The translations under genes and the position numbers were made by a program. Positions 41,169-50,882 of a stretch of DNA of 64,000 bases are shown one piece after another (position 1 is the first letter of the stretch; each line of letters begins with the position of its first letter). The notes under the pieces were generated by a model that saw nothing but the letters and a program-made list of their open reading frames with translations, ran no database searches and was not told the origin of the DNA. Source of the stretch: a virus; IMG/VR virus record IMGVR_UViG_3300021959_008125, positions 21,866 to 85,865 of that record. One strand, 5' to 3'.

Positions 41169-41361
41169 AAGACATATAGCAAAAACTATTTCATGGAGAA
41201 TCATAGGTACTTTAGATACTATGATACTTTCTGCTATTATAACTGGTAGTTGGAAAATAGGGCTCACCATAGGAGGTATAGAAGTTATTACTAAAATGGT
41301 ACTTTACTTTTTGCATGAAAGAGCATGGTATAAGTTTTCTAAATTTGGACTAAAAAAATGA
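41155..41361 (+). CDS. DUF2061 membrane protein
   Basis: KTISWRIIGT...YFLHERAW. Confidence 0.85.
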   Translation: MVSYKRHIAKTISWRIIGTLDTMILSAIITGSWKIGLTIGGIEVITKMVLYFLHERAWYKFSKFGLKK

Positions 41362-43034
41362 TACAATTAGGTATATCAGCATTCTATCACGACGCTGCAG
41401 CATGTATCGTAAAAGACGGTGTAGTAATTGCAGCTGCAGAGGAAGAAAGGTTTACTGAAATTAAACACGATAGCTCTTTTCCGATAAATGCTATTAAATG
41501 GTGTTTAGAATACACAAATTTTAAAATTCAGCATATTGATGAAGTATGTTGGTATGAAAACCCAGAAACTAAAAAAGATAGGGTACTTAAAATATTTAAA
41601 AAACGACCTTTTCGTACATTTTTACTCAAAAGAAAATTTCTAAAAGAATTTGAAGTTAATAACCCAAAGGTACTTTTAGAAGAAATCGGGTATAAAGGTA
41701 AGATTGTATTTACAGAACATCACTTATCACATGCAGCATTTAGTTTTTTAACTAGCCAATATGATGAAGCTGCTATTTTAACTGTGGATGGTGTTGGGGA
41801 GTGGGAAACTATTACTATTTCACATGGTGACGGTACTAAAATCGAGAAAAAATTATCTATAGATTTTCCTAATTCTCTTGGAATGCTTTACTCTACTATA
41901 ACAGCATATTTAGGGTTTAAACCTAACGAAGGTGAATATAAAGTTATGGGGTTAGCACCTTATGGTGATCCTACAAACTATTTTAGCAAATTAGATAAAA
42001 TTTTCACACATACTACCAATAAATTTTGGATAAAACAGAAATACTTTACTTGGGAATATTCCGATAAAGTAATGTTTAATAAAAAATTCTTTAACTTACT
42101 TAAACTACCCCCTCGGCTACCGGAAGATGAACTTACACAGGAACATAAAGATTTAGCAGCAGCATTGCAAAAAATTTATGAAAGAGAATTCTTAAAGTTA
42201 GTAAGAACTGCTAAATTAATAACAGGAAGTAAAAATTTATGTCTAGGTGGAGGTTGCGCTTATAACGGAGTAGCAAATTCTAAAGCATATAAGTATTTTG
42301 AATCTATACATATACCATTTGCACCATCAGATGCTGGTTCTGCGATTGGAGCCTGCTTATATAATTCCAAATCTAAGTTATTGCAAAATAATTCTCCTTA
42401 TTTAGGTCCTGATTATAGTAATAATTATATTTTAAAGTTACTTAAATCATACAGTAGCAGCATTCAATACTTTAAACTATCAGAACAAAAATTACTTGAA
42501 AAAACAGCAGAAATACTAAACAATCAGAACATAGTTGCTTGGTTTCAAGGAAGAATGGAATTTGGAGCAAGAGCCTTAGGTAACAGAAGCATATTAGCTT
42601 CACCTAAAGATGCTAAAATGAGAGAAAAATTAAATTACGTAATTAAAAAAAGAGAAGGATTTAGACCCTTTGCTCCTTCAGTTATAGAAGATAGTGCCTA
42701 TAAGTACTTTCATATTAAGGAACCAGTTCCTTATATGAATCAAGTTGTAAACGCTATAGATTTAGACGGCTTTGCAAGATTTACTAGATTTCCTGCTGCT
42801 ACACATGTGGATAACACATGTAGAGTTCAAACAGTAAATAAAAATTTAAATGAGAGATATTATAAACTTCTTATAGAATTAAAAAGAATATCAGGCTTCC
42901 CTGTAGTACTTAATACTTCGTTTAACTTAAAAGATCAAACTATTACTATGACTCCTAAACAGGCGATAGAAAGGTATTTGAATTCTGAAATTGATTATCT
43001 GGTAATTAATAACTATTTAATAAAAAAGATATGA
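41358..43034 (+). CDS. O-carbamoyltransferase (NodU/CmcH family)
   Basis: HDAAAC, EEERF, HHLSH, DGVGE, EYKVMGLAPYG, EFGARALGNRS, KKREGFRPFAP, NTSFN. Confidence 0.95.
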   Translation: MIQLGISAFYHDAAACIVKDGVVIAAAEEERFTEIKHDSSFPINAIKWCLEYTNFKIQHIDEVCWYENPETKKDRVLKIFKKRPFRTFLLKRKFLKEFEVNNPKVLLEEIGYKGKIVFTEHHLSHAAFSFLTSQYDEAAILTVDGVGEWETITISHGDGTKIEKKLSIDFPNSLGMLYSTITAYLGFKPNEGEYKVMGLAPYGDPTNYFSKLDKIFTHTTNKFWIKQKYFTWEYSDKVMFNKKFFNLLKLPPRLPEDELTQEHKDLAAALQKIYEREFLKLVRTAKLITGSKNLCLGGGCAYNGVANSKAYKYFESIHIPFAPSDAGSAIGACLYNSKSKLLQNNSPYLGPDYSNNYILKLLKSYSSSIQYFKLSEQKLLEKTAEILNNQNIVAWFQGRMEFGARALGNRSILASPKDAKMREKLNYVIKKREGFRPFAPSVIEDSAYKYFHIKEPVPYMNQVVNAIDLDGFARFTRFPAATHVDNTCRVQTVNKNLNERYYKLLIELKRISGFPVVLNTSFNLKDQTITMTPKQAIERYLNSEIDYLVINNYLIKKI

Positions 43035-43147
43035 AAATTATCCAATATATAAAGAATAAGTTTGTTGAATTCAAAAGAAATAGAGAATTTAAAAAAAAAT
43101 TAAAGGAACTTAAAAAAAGAGATCCTTTTACTTATAAAAATTTCTAG
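43031..43147 (+). CDS. Small basic protein (38 aa, not in ORF track)
   Basis: ATGA overlap with the carbamoyltransferase stop; ends KKRDPFTYKNF. Confidence 0.55.
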   Translation: MKIIQYIKNKFVEFKRNREFKKKLKELKKRDPFTYKNF

Positions 43148-43218
43148 AATACTTCACTTTAGTTCAACGGTTTTTTTACTGAAAAACTTCATATTTATAA
43201 TAAATCGCTGAACACAAT

Positions 43219-43824
43219 ATGTACACATTATTTACAGATAAGGCAGAGAACTTCGAATGTAATATTGATATTGAAGGAGCTTCAATCTCAGACACTCAGG
43301 CTCGCCTAGTTTTAGAAAGTAAAAACATTAATCTTCTATTTGAAGGTTCTGTGGATGCTAACGGACGTTGCAGTATAGTTATACCAAAACTTAAAGACTA
43401 CTTAAAAGAGTCAAAAGAAGGTAATATGAGATTAGAAGTTATCGCGGAAGATACTTTTTTCTCACCTTGGGAAGATTCTTTTGAATTAAGAGCTAGTAAA
43501 AAAGTTCAAGTAGAAGTATTAAGTAATAAAGATGAATTATTAAAAGAAAATAAACCGTCTATAAAAGTTACTATGCCTACTAAAGAAAAAGTAGAGAAAA
43601 AACCTATACAAGAAAAGAAAACAGTAACCCAAAAGTCAAAACCTCTAACATCTAAACATGGAGCAGTTTTAGCTAAACTCTTAGAAAGAAAAGGTATAAC
43701 TTTATCAAATATAGCTAAAAACCCAACTAAAGTAAATTTAGTTTTAGAAAAGTACTTTAAGACTTATGAGGTTAATGTTACTTATGATAAGCTGATAAAC
43801 GAAATATTGAATCATTTAAATTAA
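43219..43824 (+). CDS. Hypothetical, probably virion-associated protein
   Basis: TATTTATA upstream; Ig-like N-terminal half ending LEVIAEDTFFSPW. Confidence 0.6.
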   Translation: MYTLFTDKAENFECNIDIEGASISDTQARLVLESKNINLLFEGSVDANGRCSIVIPKLKDYLKESKEGNMRLEVIAEDTFFSPWEDSFELRASKKVQVEVLSNKDELLKENKPSIKVTMPTKEKVEKKPIQEKKTVTQKSKPLTSKHGAVLAKLLERKGITLSNIAKNPTKVNLVLEKYFKTYEVNVTYDKLINEILNHLN

Positions 43825-43831
43825 TTAAACA

Positions 43832-45277
43832 ATGCCAAAAATTATAGATCCGGATCAGTTGAACCAAGGCACAGAGGTAGAATTCCTTTCAGGTTCACTC
43901 CAAATTAAACTTAATACTGCAGGTAATCTATCGACTGACGGAGTATCAATGCAGGCACTTTATTCATTCATTAAAGAAGAATGGAAAAATGATGATAACC
44001 TCATCAAATTCCCATTCCCAATGGTATCTATTACGACCGAGCAGTTTGAATTTATTAACGGCTGGGATCTATCCGGTTCAGCTGCTGTTTCTGCATTACA
44101 AGATACTGCAGGGTCTTGGACTTATATAAAAGACGGTGGATGGGCAGTTGTTAACTCGGCTGGTAATAATACCCAGGAGTGGATGAATATTACTACACTA
44201 GGTGCTTTTAACGCCGGTACTGACCAAGCCTATTACTACCAGACTTCAAGCGGGGACATAGTTAATACAGTACTTCAAGGTGAAGTTAACCAAGGTATTC
44301 AGATTTTATCTTCTGGTTCTATTCCAGGTGAAGAATTTGACTATAGAACTTTCTTTAAGATCTACTTAAGAGAGCAAGGAAAAGTATATGCATTCTACGA
44401 TCTTATCGCAGAACAGAACTTAACAGCTTTAACATATAGAAAGTTTGCCCTACCTTTAGCAAACTCTTTAGACCTTAATATTGAAGCAACTGATAATGAT
44501 ATTACAGGATCAACTCCTTATACAGGAATGTCGATTACATACTTTACTGAATCGTTTGCAAGAGATATTTCAGGTACATCTAGAAACTTCCACGTATTAA
44601 TTAACGGTAACAGTGGTACAAAACAGCAAATTTACGAATTTGTACAGAAACAATTAAGATCTGGTTCAGGATTTGATATCGATGCTGGTGCATCTTTTGC
44701 TAATGTAACCGGTTCGGTAGCAGAAGAATTATTAGAATTCGTTGGGAACACACTTAAAACTAAATTCCAAACATCAGTAGGTGGAAATGCAGCAATTTCA
44801 GGTGGTGTATTTATCGAAAATACTTTAGCAATTGATGCCAACGACTTGGCATTTAGAGATGACCTTAATGTAGAAAGAACATTTGACTTCGTTGCAGCTG
44901 GTAACTTACTATTTAACTCATTCTTACAGTCGGATACCGATGCAATCTACAAAGTATTCTTTACAAATGATGATGCAGGAGATAACACAGGAAGAGATTT
45001 CGGAACTCAGGATGCTATTATCATTTTCCAGAATGACGGGACTACACCTCTAACAGGTTCTGTTGCAACAAGTGCATCAAGAGATTTTGATTACAACTTC
45101 GATAAAAACGTACAAAGAGGAACAGACTCTTCAGGTTCAGTTGTACCATTTACCGGAGTAGCAATCGGATTAAGCTCAGCACAGTATGTAGTTGTTACAG
45201 GTACAATTACTAGATCAACAACGAATACAATTAACTTCGTTGCAGCACAAGAAAGAAACTATTCTAACCCAGCTTAA
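43832..45277 (+). CDS. Virion structural / appendage protein
   Basis: Gly/Ser/Thr-rich; shares an N-terminal domain with 49728; ends RNYSNPA. Confidence 0.65.
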   Translation: MPKIIDPDQLNQGTEVEFLSGSLQIKLNTAGNLSTDGVSMQALYSFIKEEWKNDDNLIKFPFPMVSITTEQFEFINGWDLSGSAAVSALQDTAGSWTYIKDGGWAVVNSAGNNTQEWMNITTLGAFNAGTDQAYYYQTSSGDIVNTVLQGEVNQGIQILSSGSIPGEEFDYRTFFKIYLREQGKVYAFYDLIAEQNLTALTYRKFALPLANSLDLNIEATDNDITGSTPYTGMSITYFTESFARDISGTSRNFHVLINGNSGTKQQIYEFVQKQLRSGSGFDIDAGASFANVTGSVAEELLEFVGNTLKTKFQTSVGGNAAISGGVFIENTLAIDANDLAFRDDLNVERTFDFVAAGNLLFNSFLQSDTDAIYKVFFTNDDAGDNTGRDFGTQDAIIIFQNDGTTPLTGSVATSASRDFDYNFDKNVQRGTDSSGSVVPFTGVAIGLSSAQYVVVTGTITRSTTNTINFVAAQERNYSNPA

Positions 45278-45301
45278 GAGTTAGATAGTTAAATAATAAA
45301 G

Positions 45302-45330
45302 AATGGGGTCTTTTGATCCCATTTTTTTTT
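45302..45330 (+). terminator. Rho-independent terminator
   Basis: AATGGGGTC-tttt-GATCCCATT followed by a T run. Confidence 0.85.
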
Positions 45331-45375
45331 CTATTTATATATAGAATTAATTCTAAAGTTATTATATTGTAGTAA

Positions 45376-46956
45376 ATGGCCGCAGGAAATTATCAAGTAG
45401 ACTTAACAGTAATAGACTTAGCAGAAGTTAACACTAACTGGGTTGATATTAACCAGGCCGGTGGTGGGGGTGCTAATGAAGCTGCGGTTGACTTTGCTAT
45501 TCAAGGTACTAACGCTATTTCAAGACAGGTTAACAATACTCGAAGGGGTGTACTATATAATAATGGTGCGGGTATAGCTTTAGGTATTGATGATCATGTT
45601 TATGTTTGGACCGTCTCCGCAACCCCTGGTATTACCGATTTAAAATCAGCCGGTGGTATTAGAATATCAATAGGAGACACTACTAATGATTACTATGATT
45701 TTTATGTAAACGGTTCAGACACTCTTCCCCAGGGTGGTATGACTAATTATGCTATATATTATACAGGTTCATTTGCAAGTTTACAAAATGGTACTCCAAC
45801 CGGAAACCCACAGTACTTTGGTTCTCAAATTGTAACAGTTGATACTGCAAGGGGGCTTAATTTTGCATGTGATGCAATTAGATACGGTACAGGATATTAT
45901 ATCTTTGATGGTGATGCTACTACCCCGATTACATTTGATAGTGCTTCTCAAGATAATGATTTAAATGCTAATAGATTTGGAGTACTTACTGCAGTACCTG
46001 GTGGTTTTGCACTTAAAGGTAGGTTTGTAATAGGACAAACAACTGCTAGTGTAGCAACTCAAGCATACTTTCAAGATTCTAACACAGCAGTTACTTTTAC
46101 AGATACAGAATATTCACTACCGGATTTTACACAGGTAAACTTTGATCATCAATCTACAGTAGCAAATTTAACAAACATATCATTTACGGCAATAGGAACA
46201 AACAACCCAGGACAGTTAAATGTGTTAAATGCTTCTACTACTGCCTCTTTTAATTCCCTAGTATTTAATAACATAGGACAAACAAAATTAAATGCTAATA
46301 CTAGTGTTACAGGCTCTACCTGGAATACCTGTGGGGTTATATACCAAAGTGGATCAGGTATAACAACATCTACTTTTAATAGTACCTCATCACCTAGTGC
46401 CTCTATTATATCTAATGATCCATCGTTAATTAATAATTCAAACTTTGTAGGTGATGGAACAAAATTTGGTATAGAAATAGATACAGCCGGTACGTATAAC
46501 TTTACTTCTAATACATTTACCGGTTATGTTTCTGGTTCAGATCCAGGAGCAGAATTACTATTTAACCCAACAACAGGTACCGGTGATTTAACATTAAATG
46601 TGTTAGGAGGAGGAAGTAATCTAAACTTTATTAACCGTTCTACCGGTACAGTAACAATAAATAACAATATTCAGGTAACTTTAACAGGTATGAAAGATTT
46701 TACCGAAGTTAGAATACTTGATGTAACTACTCCTTCTAACCCTATTGAATTAGCAGGTATAGAAAATGTAGTTTCTGCATCAGTTGGTGCAAATGATAAT
46801 GATTTTTCTTTCTCACAACCGGCAGGTACTTTCGTAGATATTGTAGTTCATGCTTTAAACTTTGAATATCAAAGAATATCTAATTTTGAAGTACCAACAG
46901 CTGCAACTGAAATACCAATTCAGCAAAGAGCAGATAGAAATTATAATAATCCATAG
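45376..46956 (+). CDS. Virion structural protein with beta-helix-like region (tailspike/fibre-like)
   Basis: N/S/T/F-rich repeats (FTSNTFTGY); ends RNYNNP; late promoter upstream. Confidence 0.65.
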   Translation: MAAGNYQVDLTVIDLAEVNTNWVDINQAGGGGANEAAVDFAIQGTNAISRQVNNTRRGVLYNNGAGIALGIDDHVYVWTVSATPGITDLKSAGGIRISIGDTTNDYYDFYVNGSDTLPQGGMTNYAIYYTGSFASLQNGTPTGNPQYFGSQIVTVDTARGLNFACDAIRYGTGYYIFDGDATTPITFDSASQDNDLNANRFGVLTAVPGGFALKGRFVIGQTTASVATQAYFQDSNTAVTFTDTEYSLPDFTQVNFDHQSTVANLTNISFTAIGTNNPGQLNVLNASTTASFNSLVFNNIGQTKLNANTSVTGSTWNTCGVIYQSGSGITTSTFNSTSSPSASIISNDPSLINNSNFVGDGTKFGIEIDTAGTYNFTSNTFTGYVSGSDPGAELLFNPTTGTGDLTLNVLGGGSNLNFINRSTGTVTINNNIQVTLTGMKDFTEVRILDVTTPSNPIELAGIENVVSASVGANDNDFSFSQPAGTFVDIVVHALNFEYQRISNFEVPTAATEIPIQQRADRNYNNP

Positions 46957-46958
46957 TT

Positions 46959-47159
46959 ATGAATAGACGATTTAAAATTATAGAAACTAATTTAGAAAAT
47001 ATTACAGATTCACATTTTGAATGTAACACTGTAATAGGAAAAAAGAATAATTTATTGAACTCTACTTTAAGAACGGTAATGTTTGATGGTATCTATGTAG
47101 AGTTGAGAGGCTTTAAAGGATATATAAAAGGAGAAGTTCATGGAATTCAACCAGAATAG
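46959..47159 (+). CDS. Hypothetical protein
   Basis: 66 aa ORF. Confidence 0.45.
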   Translation: MNRRFKIIETNLENITDSHFECNTVIGKKNNLLNSTLRTVMFDGIYVELRGFKGYIKGEVHGIQPE

Positions 47160-47207
47160 TTTGTAGATAAAAATAAAAGTACTATATTAAAATAAAAACT
47201 ATATAAA

Positions 47208-47414
47208 ATGGCAAATAGCGTAGATTTAGCAATCAGAAAAGTAAGAGAATTACAATCATTAGTTTATGATAACAATGCTTCTAGAACAGACTTATTTAAT
47301 AAATGTGAAGAAGTAATGAAAGAAATGAATAATGCTTCGGCTGAGATTAACACTAATTATGAAACAATCTCTGAGAAACTTACTAAACACATGAACACTG
47401 GTCGTAAACAATAG
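47208..47414 (+). CDS. Hypothetical protein
   Basis: 68 aa ORF with a TTG-N19-TATATT promoter upstream. Confidence 0.6.
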   Translation: MANSVDLAIRKVRELQSLVYDNNASRTDLFNKCEEVMKEMNNASAEINTNYETISEKLTKHMNTGRKQ

Positions 47415-47484
47415 AAAATAACTACTATTTATTATTATAATCATGTCTCACAGGCATGGTAAAGTTATGTTATACAATTAAATT

Positions 47485-49728
47485 ATGGCCGGAGAAAAAT
47501 TATTTACCAGAATACCCCCAGCAAGTACTGGTGCTAGAATAGGATTTAGACACAGAGCAATAATTCCTTACGAAAATAGAACAGGAACGTTTGTAGCTGA
47601 TGATATTTTAACTGGAGCTACAAGTGGTATTCAATATCTTATATATAAAGAATTTGCAACCAATGCAACTACCGGATATATAGAGGTAGGATATGATGAT
47701 GCATCGGTATTTAATAACGTAGAACCAACAGCAGGTGAAAATTTAAATGATGTAAATGCCAACACTATCGCTCAGGTATCTAATACTATTGCAGTCACTG
47801 AAGTTTATACAAATGAATCAGTAATCGTCGGTGGGGATAATACTACCAACAGGTTAAATGTAGATGTATTTGGTGCTGCAAACACAACATTTTCCGAAGG
47901 AGCTCCTCAATTATCAGGATTCGGTAAATTAAGAACCACTGAAGATAAGTTACTTGCCAACTACGAATTTAATAATAGTATACTTCCAACTCAATTTGCA
48001 AATACCTTAACTGGATCAGGAGCAATTTCATTTGATTCAGACGGTAAAGCAGCTAAATTAGAAGTGGGCTCAGATACAAATGCACTAGTAACACATACTT
48101 CCAACCTTTATCATCCATACTCTATTGGTAATAACAACTTTTTTGTATTAGGTACTAGAGTAGGAGATACAGGAAAAACAGGAGTAGTTAGAAACTGGGG
48201 ATGTTTTGATTATTTAGATGGATTTTTCTTCCAATTAAATGGTACTTCATTAAGAGTTGTACATAGATGGACGATGGACGGTAACGGTACACAAAATATG
48301 GCCGTTGCACAATCTGCTTGGAATAAAGATACTCTAGACGGTACAGGAGGAGATTCTAACCCATCAGGTATGAACATAGATGTATCTAAATCTAACACAT
48401 ACTGGATTGATTATCAATTTATCGGTGGTGGTAGAACCAGATGGGGTGTATTCTACAAAGGTGAAAGAATTGTATGCCATGAGATGTTCCATCATAACGG
48501 ATTATCTCCATCTCTAACTCCTGCTATCAACAACCCTATAGCTTCTGCGGCAAGACCAATTTGTTGGTCGATGAAAAATACAGGATCACCAGGAGCAGGT
48601 AGTGAATACTACGCCTTAGGTGGTGCAGTATACTATGAAGGTTCAGCAGATTTAAGTCAGGAAGGTTCTACAAAACTTTATGCAACCAATGTAACAATTC
48701 CTTCAGGTTCTGGAGGAACATATTATGCTTTTGCTTTAAGACCTACAAAAAATTTACTAAGTGGGGCAGAAAATCATTCAATTTATACCCCTAAAGAATT
48801 AGATATAGAAGCTTTTAGTTCTGTTGATGAATCTGACGTTAAAGTAGAAGTTAGAATATTTCAAGCCTGTCAAGTAAGAGGAGAAAACTTCCAAAGACAA
48901 ACTTACTCTGAAGTTGAAGTAGATAAGAGTGGAGAGCACGTAGGTCACGGTCCTGAAATATTTAGAAAGCATTTTACCGGAGACGCTACAATTAACTTTG
49001 CAAACATTATCTCAGGGGTACAGTACGGTACTATTAGAAATAATTCAGAAGCAGATGATGCTAAAAATGTACAGCCTTTAACAGCAATCACAAATGCTGA
49101 TCCTGCAGTAGTTACAGTAGGAACTAATCCATTGTTTGGTACTGCAAGACATTATTTTGCAGACAAACAAGCAGTTATTGTACAAGTGGTGACAGCAACA
49201 GATGCAGCAGCAGCATTAAATGGAAATACTTATTATCTATCTTATGTAGATAGTAACGAAACAAAATTATATACTTCAACAAGTGATATAGACGATGATA
49301 GAAAACCTAGAGAAGCTAACCTAACTTTTGCTTCCGGTAGTTCCGTAGCTGTAGGAGAAACTATTACATTTACAGGTGCCGGTACTGCAGTTGTAACTGC
49401 ATTTAGTAGCAATACAGCATCTTTAGAAAACAGAACTAATGCTGCCTTAGACACAGGACTTGCCGGAGGAACAGTATGGTCAGGATCAAGTGGTGCTAAT
49501 GGTACTATTACTAGTATAACACAACAGACTGCTACATATCCTTTGGATTATGAAACTAGCCTTTTAGCTGTAGATGGTTCAGGCTGGTCTGCTCCTGCTA
49601 CTGATGGAGAATTCTTCGGAACACCTCCTTCACAGCCTGCATGGGTATTCATGATACGTCCTTTCTCAGCTAAAGCGTTTGATATCGAAACAAGATGGTC
49701 GCTTAACTGGAGAGAACGTACTCAATAA
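47485..49728 (+). CDS. Virion structural / receptor-binding protein (lectin-like domain)
   Basis: WG.FD..DGFFF, QSAWNKD.LDG, YWIDYQFIGGGR.RWG, ITNADPAVVT. Confidence 0.7.
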   Translation: MAGEKLFTRIPPASTGARIGFRHRAIIPYENRTGTFVADDILTGATSGIQYLIYKEFATNATTGYIEVGYDDASVFNNVEPTAGENLNDVNANTIAQVSNTIAVTEVYTNESVIVGGDNTTNRLNVDVFGAANTTFSEGAPQLSGFGKLRTTEDKLLANYEFNNSILPTQFANTLTGSGAISFDSDGKAAKLEVGSDTNALVTHTSNLYHPYSIGNNNFFVLGTRVGDTGKTGVVRNWGCFDYLDGFFFQLNGTSLRVVHRWTMDGNGTQNMAVAQSAWNKDTLDGTGGDSNPSGMNIDVSKSNTYWIDYQFIGGGRTRWGVFYKGERIVCHEMFHHNGLSPSLTPAINNPIASAARPICWSMKNTGSPGAGSEYYALGGAVYYEGSADLSQEGSTKLYATNVTIPSGSGGTYYAFALRPTKNLLSGAENHSIYTPKELDIEAFSSVDESDVKVEVRIFQACQVRGENFQRQTYSEVEVDKSGEHVGHGPEIFRKHFTGDATINFANIISGVQYGTIRNNSEADDAKNVQPLTAITNADPAVVTVGTNPLFGTARHYFADKQAVIVQVVTATDAAAALNGNTYYLSYVDSNETKLYTSTSDIDDDRKPREANLTFASGSSVAVGETITFTGAGTAVVTAFSSNTASLENRTNAALDTGLAGGTVWSGSSGANGTITSITQQTATYPLDYETSLLAVDGSGWSAPATDGEFFGTPPSQPAWVFMIRPFSAKAFDIETRWSLNWRERTQ

Positions 49729-50456
49729 TGTCAACACTAACACATTTTTACAATTTTTATAATCTTTGGGAACTCTATCATAAGGTAACTTTTGATGGGG
49801 TTAACAAACTTATTCTAATTAATCCAGGAGTAACAGATATAAGTGTACAAACAGATTTATATTCAGATTGGAAAGAATGGGTTAGAAATGAAGATTATTT
49901 AAAGTTTTTACCACCTTTTAATACTGTAGGGGGTGAACCAATTGTTGGGGGACAGTCTCTTGATGTTACATTCTTCCTTATTAATGGCTGGAGGATAAAA
50001 CCCTATTATGGTAGTTACACCTTAAATATAGTCGGTAACTTATTTGAGGTAGATGGAGGGTCTATAAAAGTTGATGCTGATGTAGTTACTAACGTTCCTA
50101 ATAACATTGCAATTAACCTCAATACTTCGGTTATTGTAAGAACAGTAGATGTAGAATCAGTAGCATCAGGCTCTGGTTTAACCGATGCAGAAAGTACAGC
50201 ATTATTTAACATTGAAGGAAAGGTTGTTTCCATCTTTAACGGTGCAACCCCCGTCTCTGCCTCATTAGAGCAAGCGCAACTAACTACTCTTAACGACATA
50301 TCAGCGAAAGTAGCAGAGATATGGGCATTGCATGGATTAGACGTTTCTAATCCGTTAACTGTTACAAGAACTTCTAGAACATTTGATGATATAGTACAAT
50401 CAATATCTACTATCGGTACTGGAAGTGCTCAAGAGACTACAATTACTCGATTGTAA
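49728..50456 (+). CDS. Virion structural protein
   Basis: LYSDWKEW..., FFLINGW domain shared with 43832. Confidence 0.6.
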   Translation: MSTLTHFYNFYNLWELYHKVTFDGVNKLILINPGVTDISVQTDLYSDWKEWVRNEDYLKFLPPFNTVGGEPIVGGQSLDVTFFLINGWRIKPYYGSYTLNIVGNLFEVDGGSIKVDADVVTNVPNNIAINLNTSVIVRTVDVESVASGSGLTDAESTALFNIEGKVVSIFNGATPVSASLEQAQLTTLNDISAKVAEIWALHGLDVSNPLTVTRTSRTFDDIVQSISTIGTGSAQETTITRL

Positions 50457-50803
50457 TGAATAATATAGTCGATACATACGAAATTGCCACTGTAGGGCAA
50501 AATTTGTCTAATACCTTTACTTTAGCTTCAAACGGTATATTGATTGATATATTAATAGAAGATCTTGCACCAGTAGTTCCACCAGTAGAGAAGAAAGGTA
50601 AAGCACCTTCAGGTGTAGGGTATAGAGAAGAAAAAGAGGAAATTACCCGTAAAAAAATTACTGTAATTGTCACTTTAAACGGCAAGCAATACAAAGAAAG
50701 TATAATTGTAGAAGATAAACCTGAACTAAAAGTTGAAGATATAAATGTAGATGTTCAAGAGACTCAAAATAAACCAAGAATCCGAATATCTTTTGATATG
50801 TAG
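50456..50803 (+). CDS. Hypothetical protein
   Basis: 115 aa coupled ORF. Confidence 0.6.
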   Translation: MNNIVDTYEIATVGQNLSNTFTLASNGILIDILIEDLAPVVPPVEKKGKAPSGVGYREEKEEITRKKITVIVTLNGKQYKESIIVEDKPELKVEDINVDVQETQNKPRIRISFDM

Positions 50804-50832
50804 TTGGAGAATAAATTAAAAGTTCTTATATT
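50804..50832 (+). promoter_or_regulatory. Bacteroidota-type promoter TTG-N20-TATATT for the queD/queE operon
   Basis: TTG at 50804-50806, TATATT at 50827-50832. Confidence 0.7.
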
Positions 50833-50850
50833 TATATCAATACTGACTAT

Positions 50851-50878
50851 AGTGTCGTAGCACCACTTTAAAAACACA
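50851..50878 (+). ncRNA. Putative class I preQ1 riboswitch aptamer
   Basis: P1 AGTG/CACT, loop TCGTAGCAC, tail TTAAAAACAC; lies upstream of the queD-queE operon; second copy before folE. Confidence 0.75.
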
Positions 50879-50882
50879 TTTT

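Noticed and set aside
50851-50870. Reading the repeated AGTG...CACT motif as a terminator
   Set aside because: The stem is only 4-5 bp, is followed by an A run rather than a U run, and lies just downstream of a promoter.
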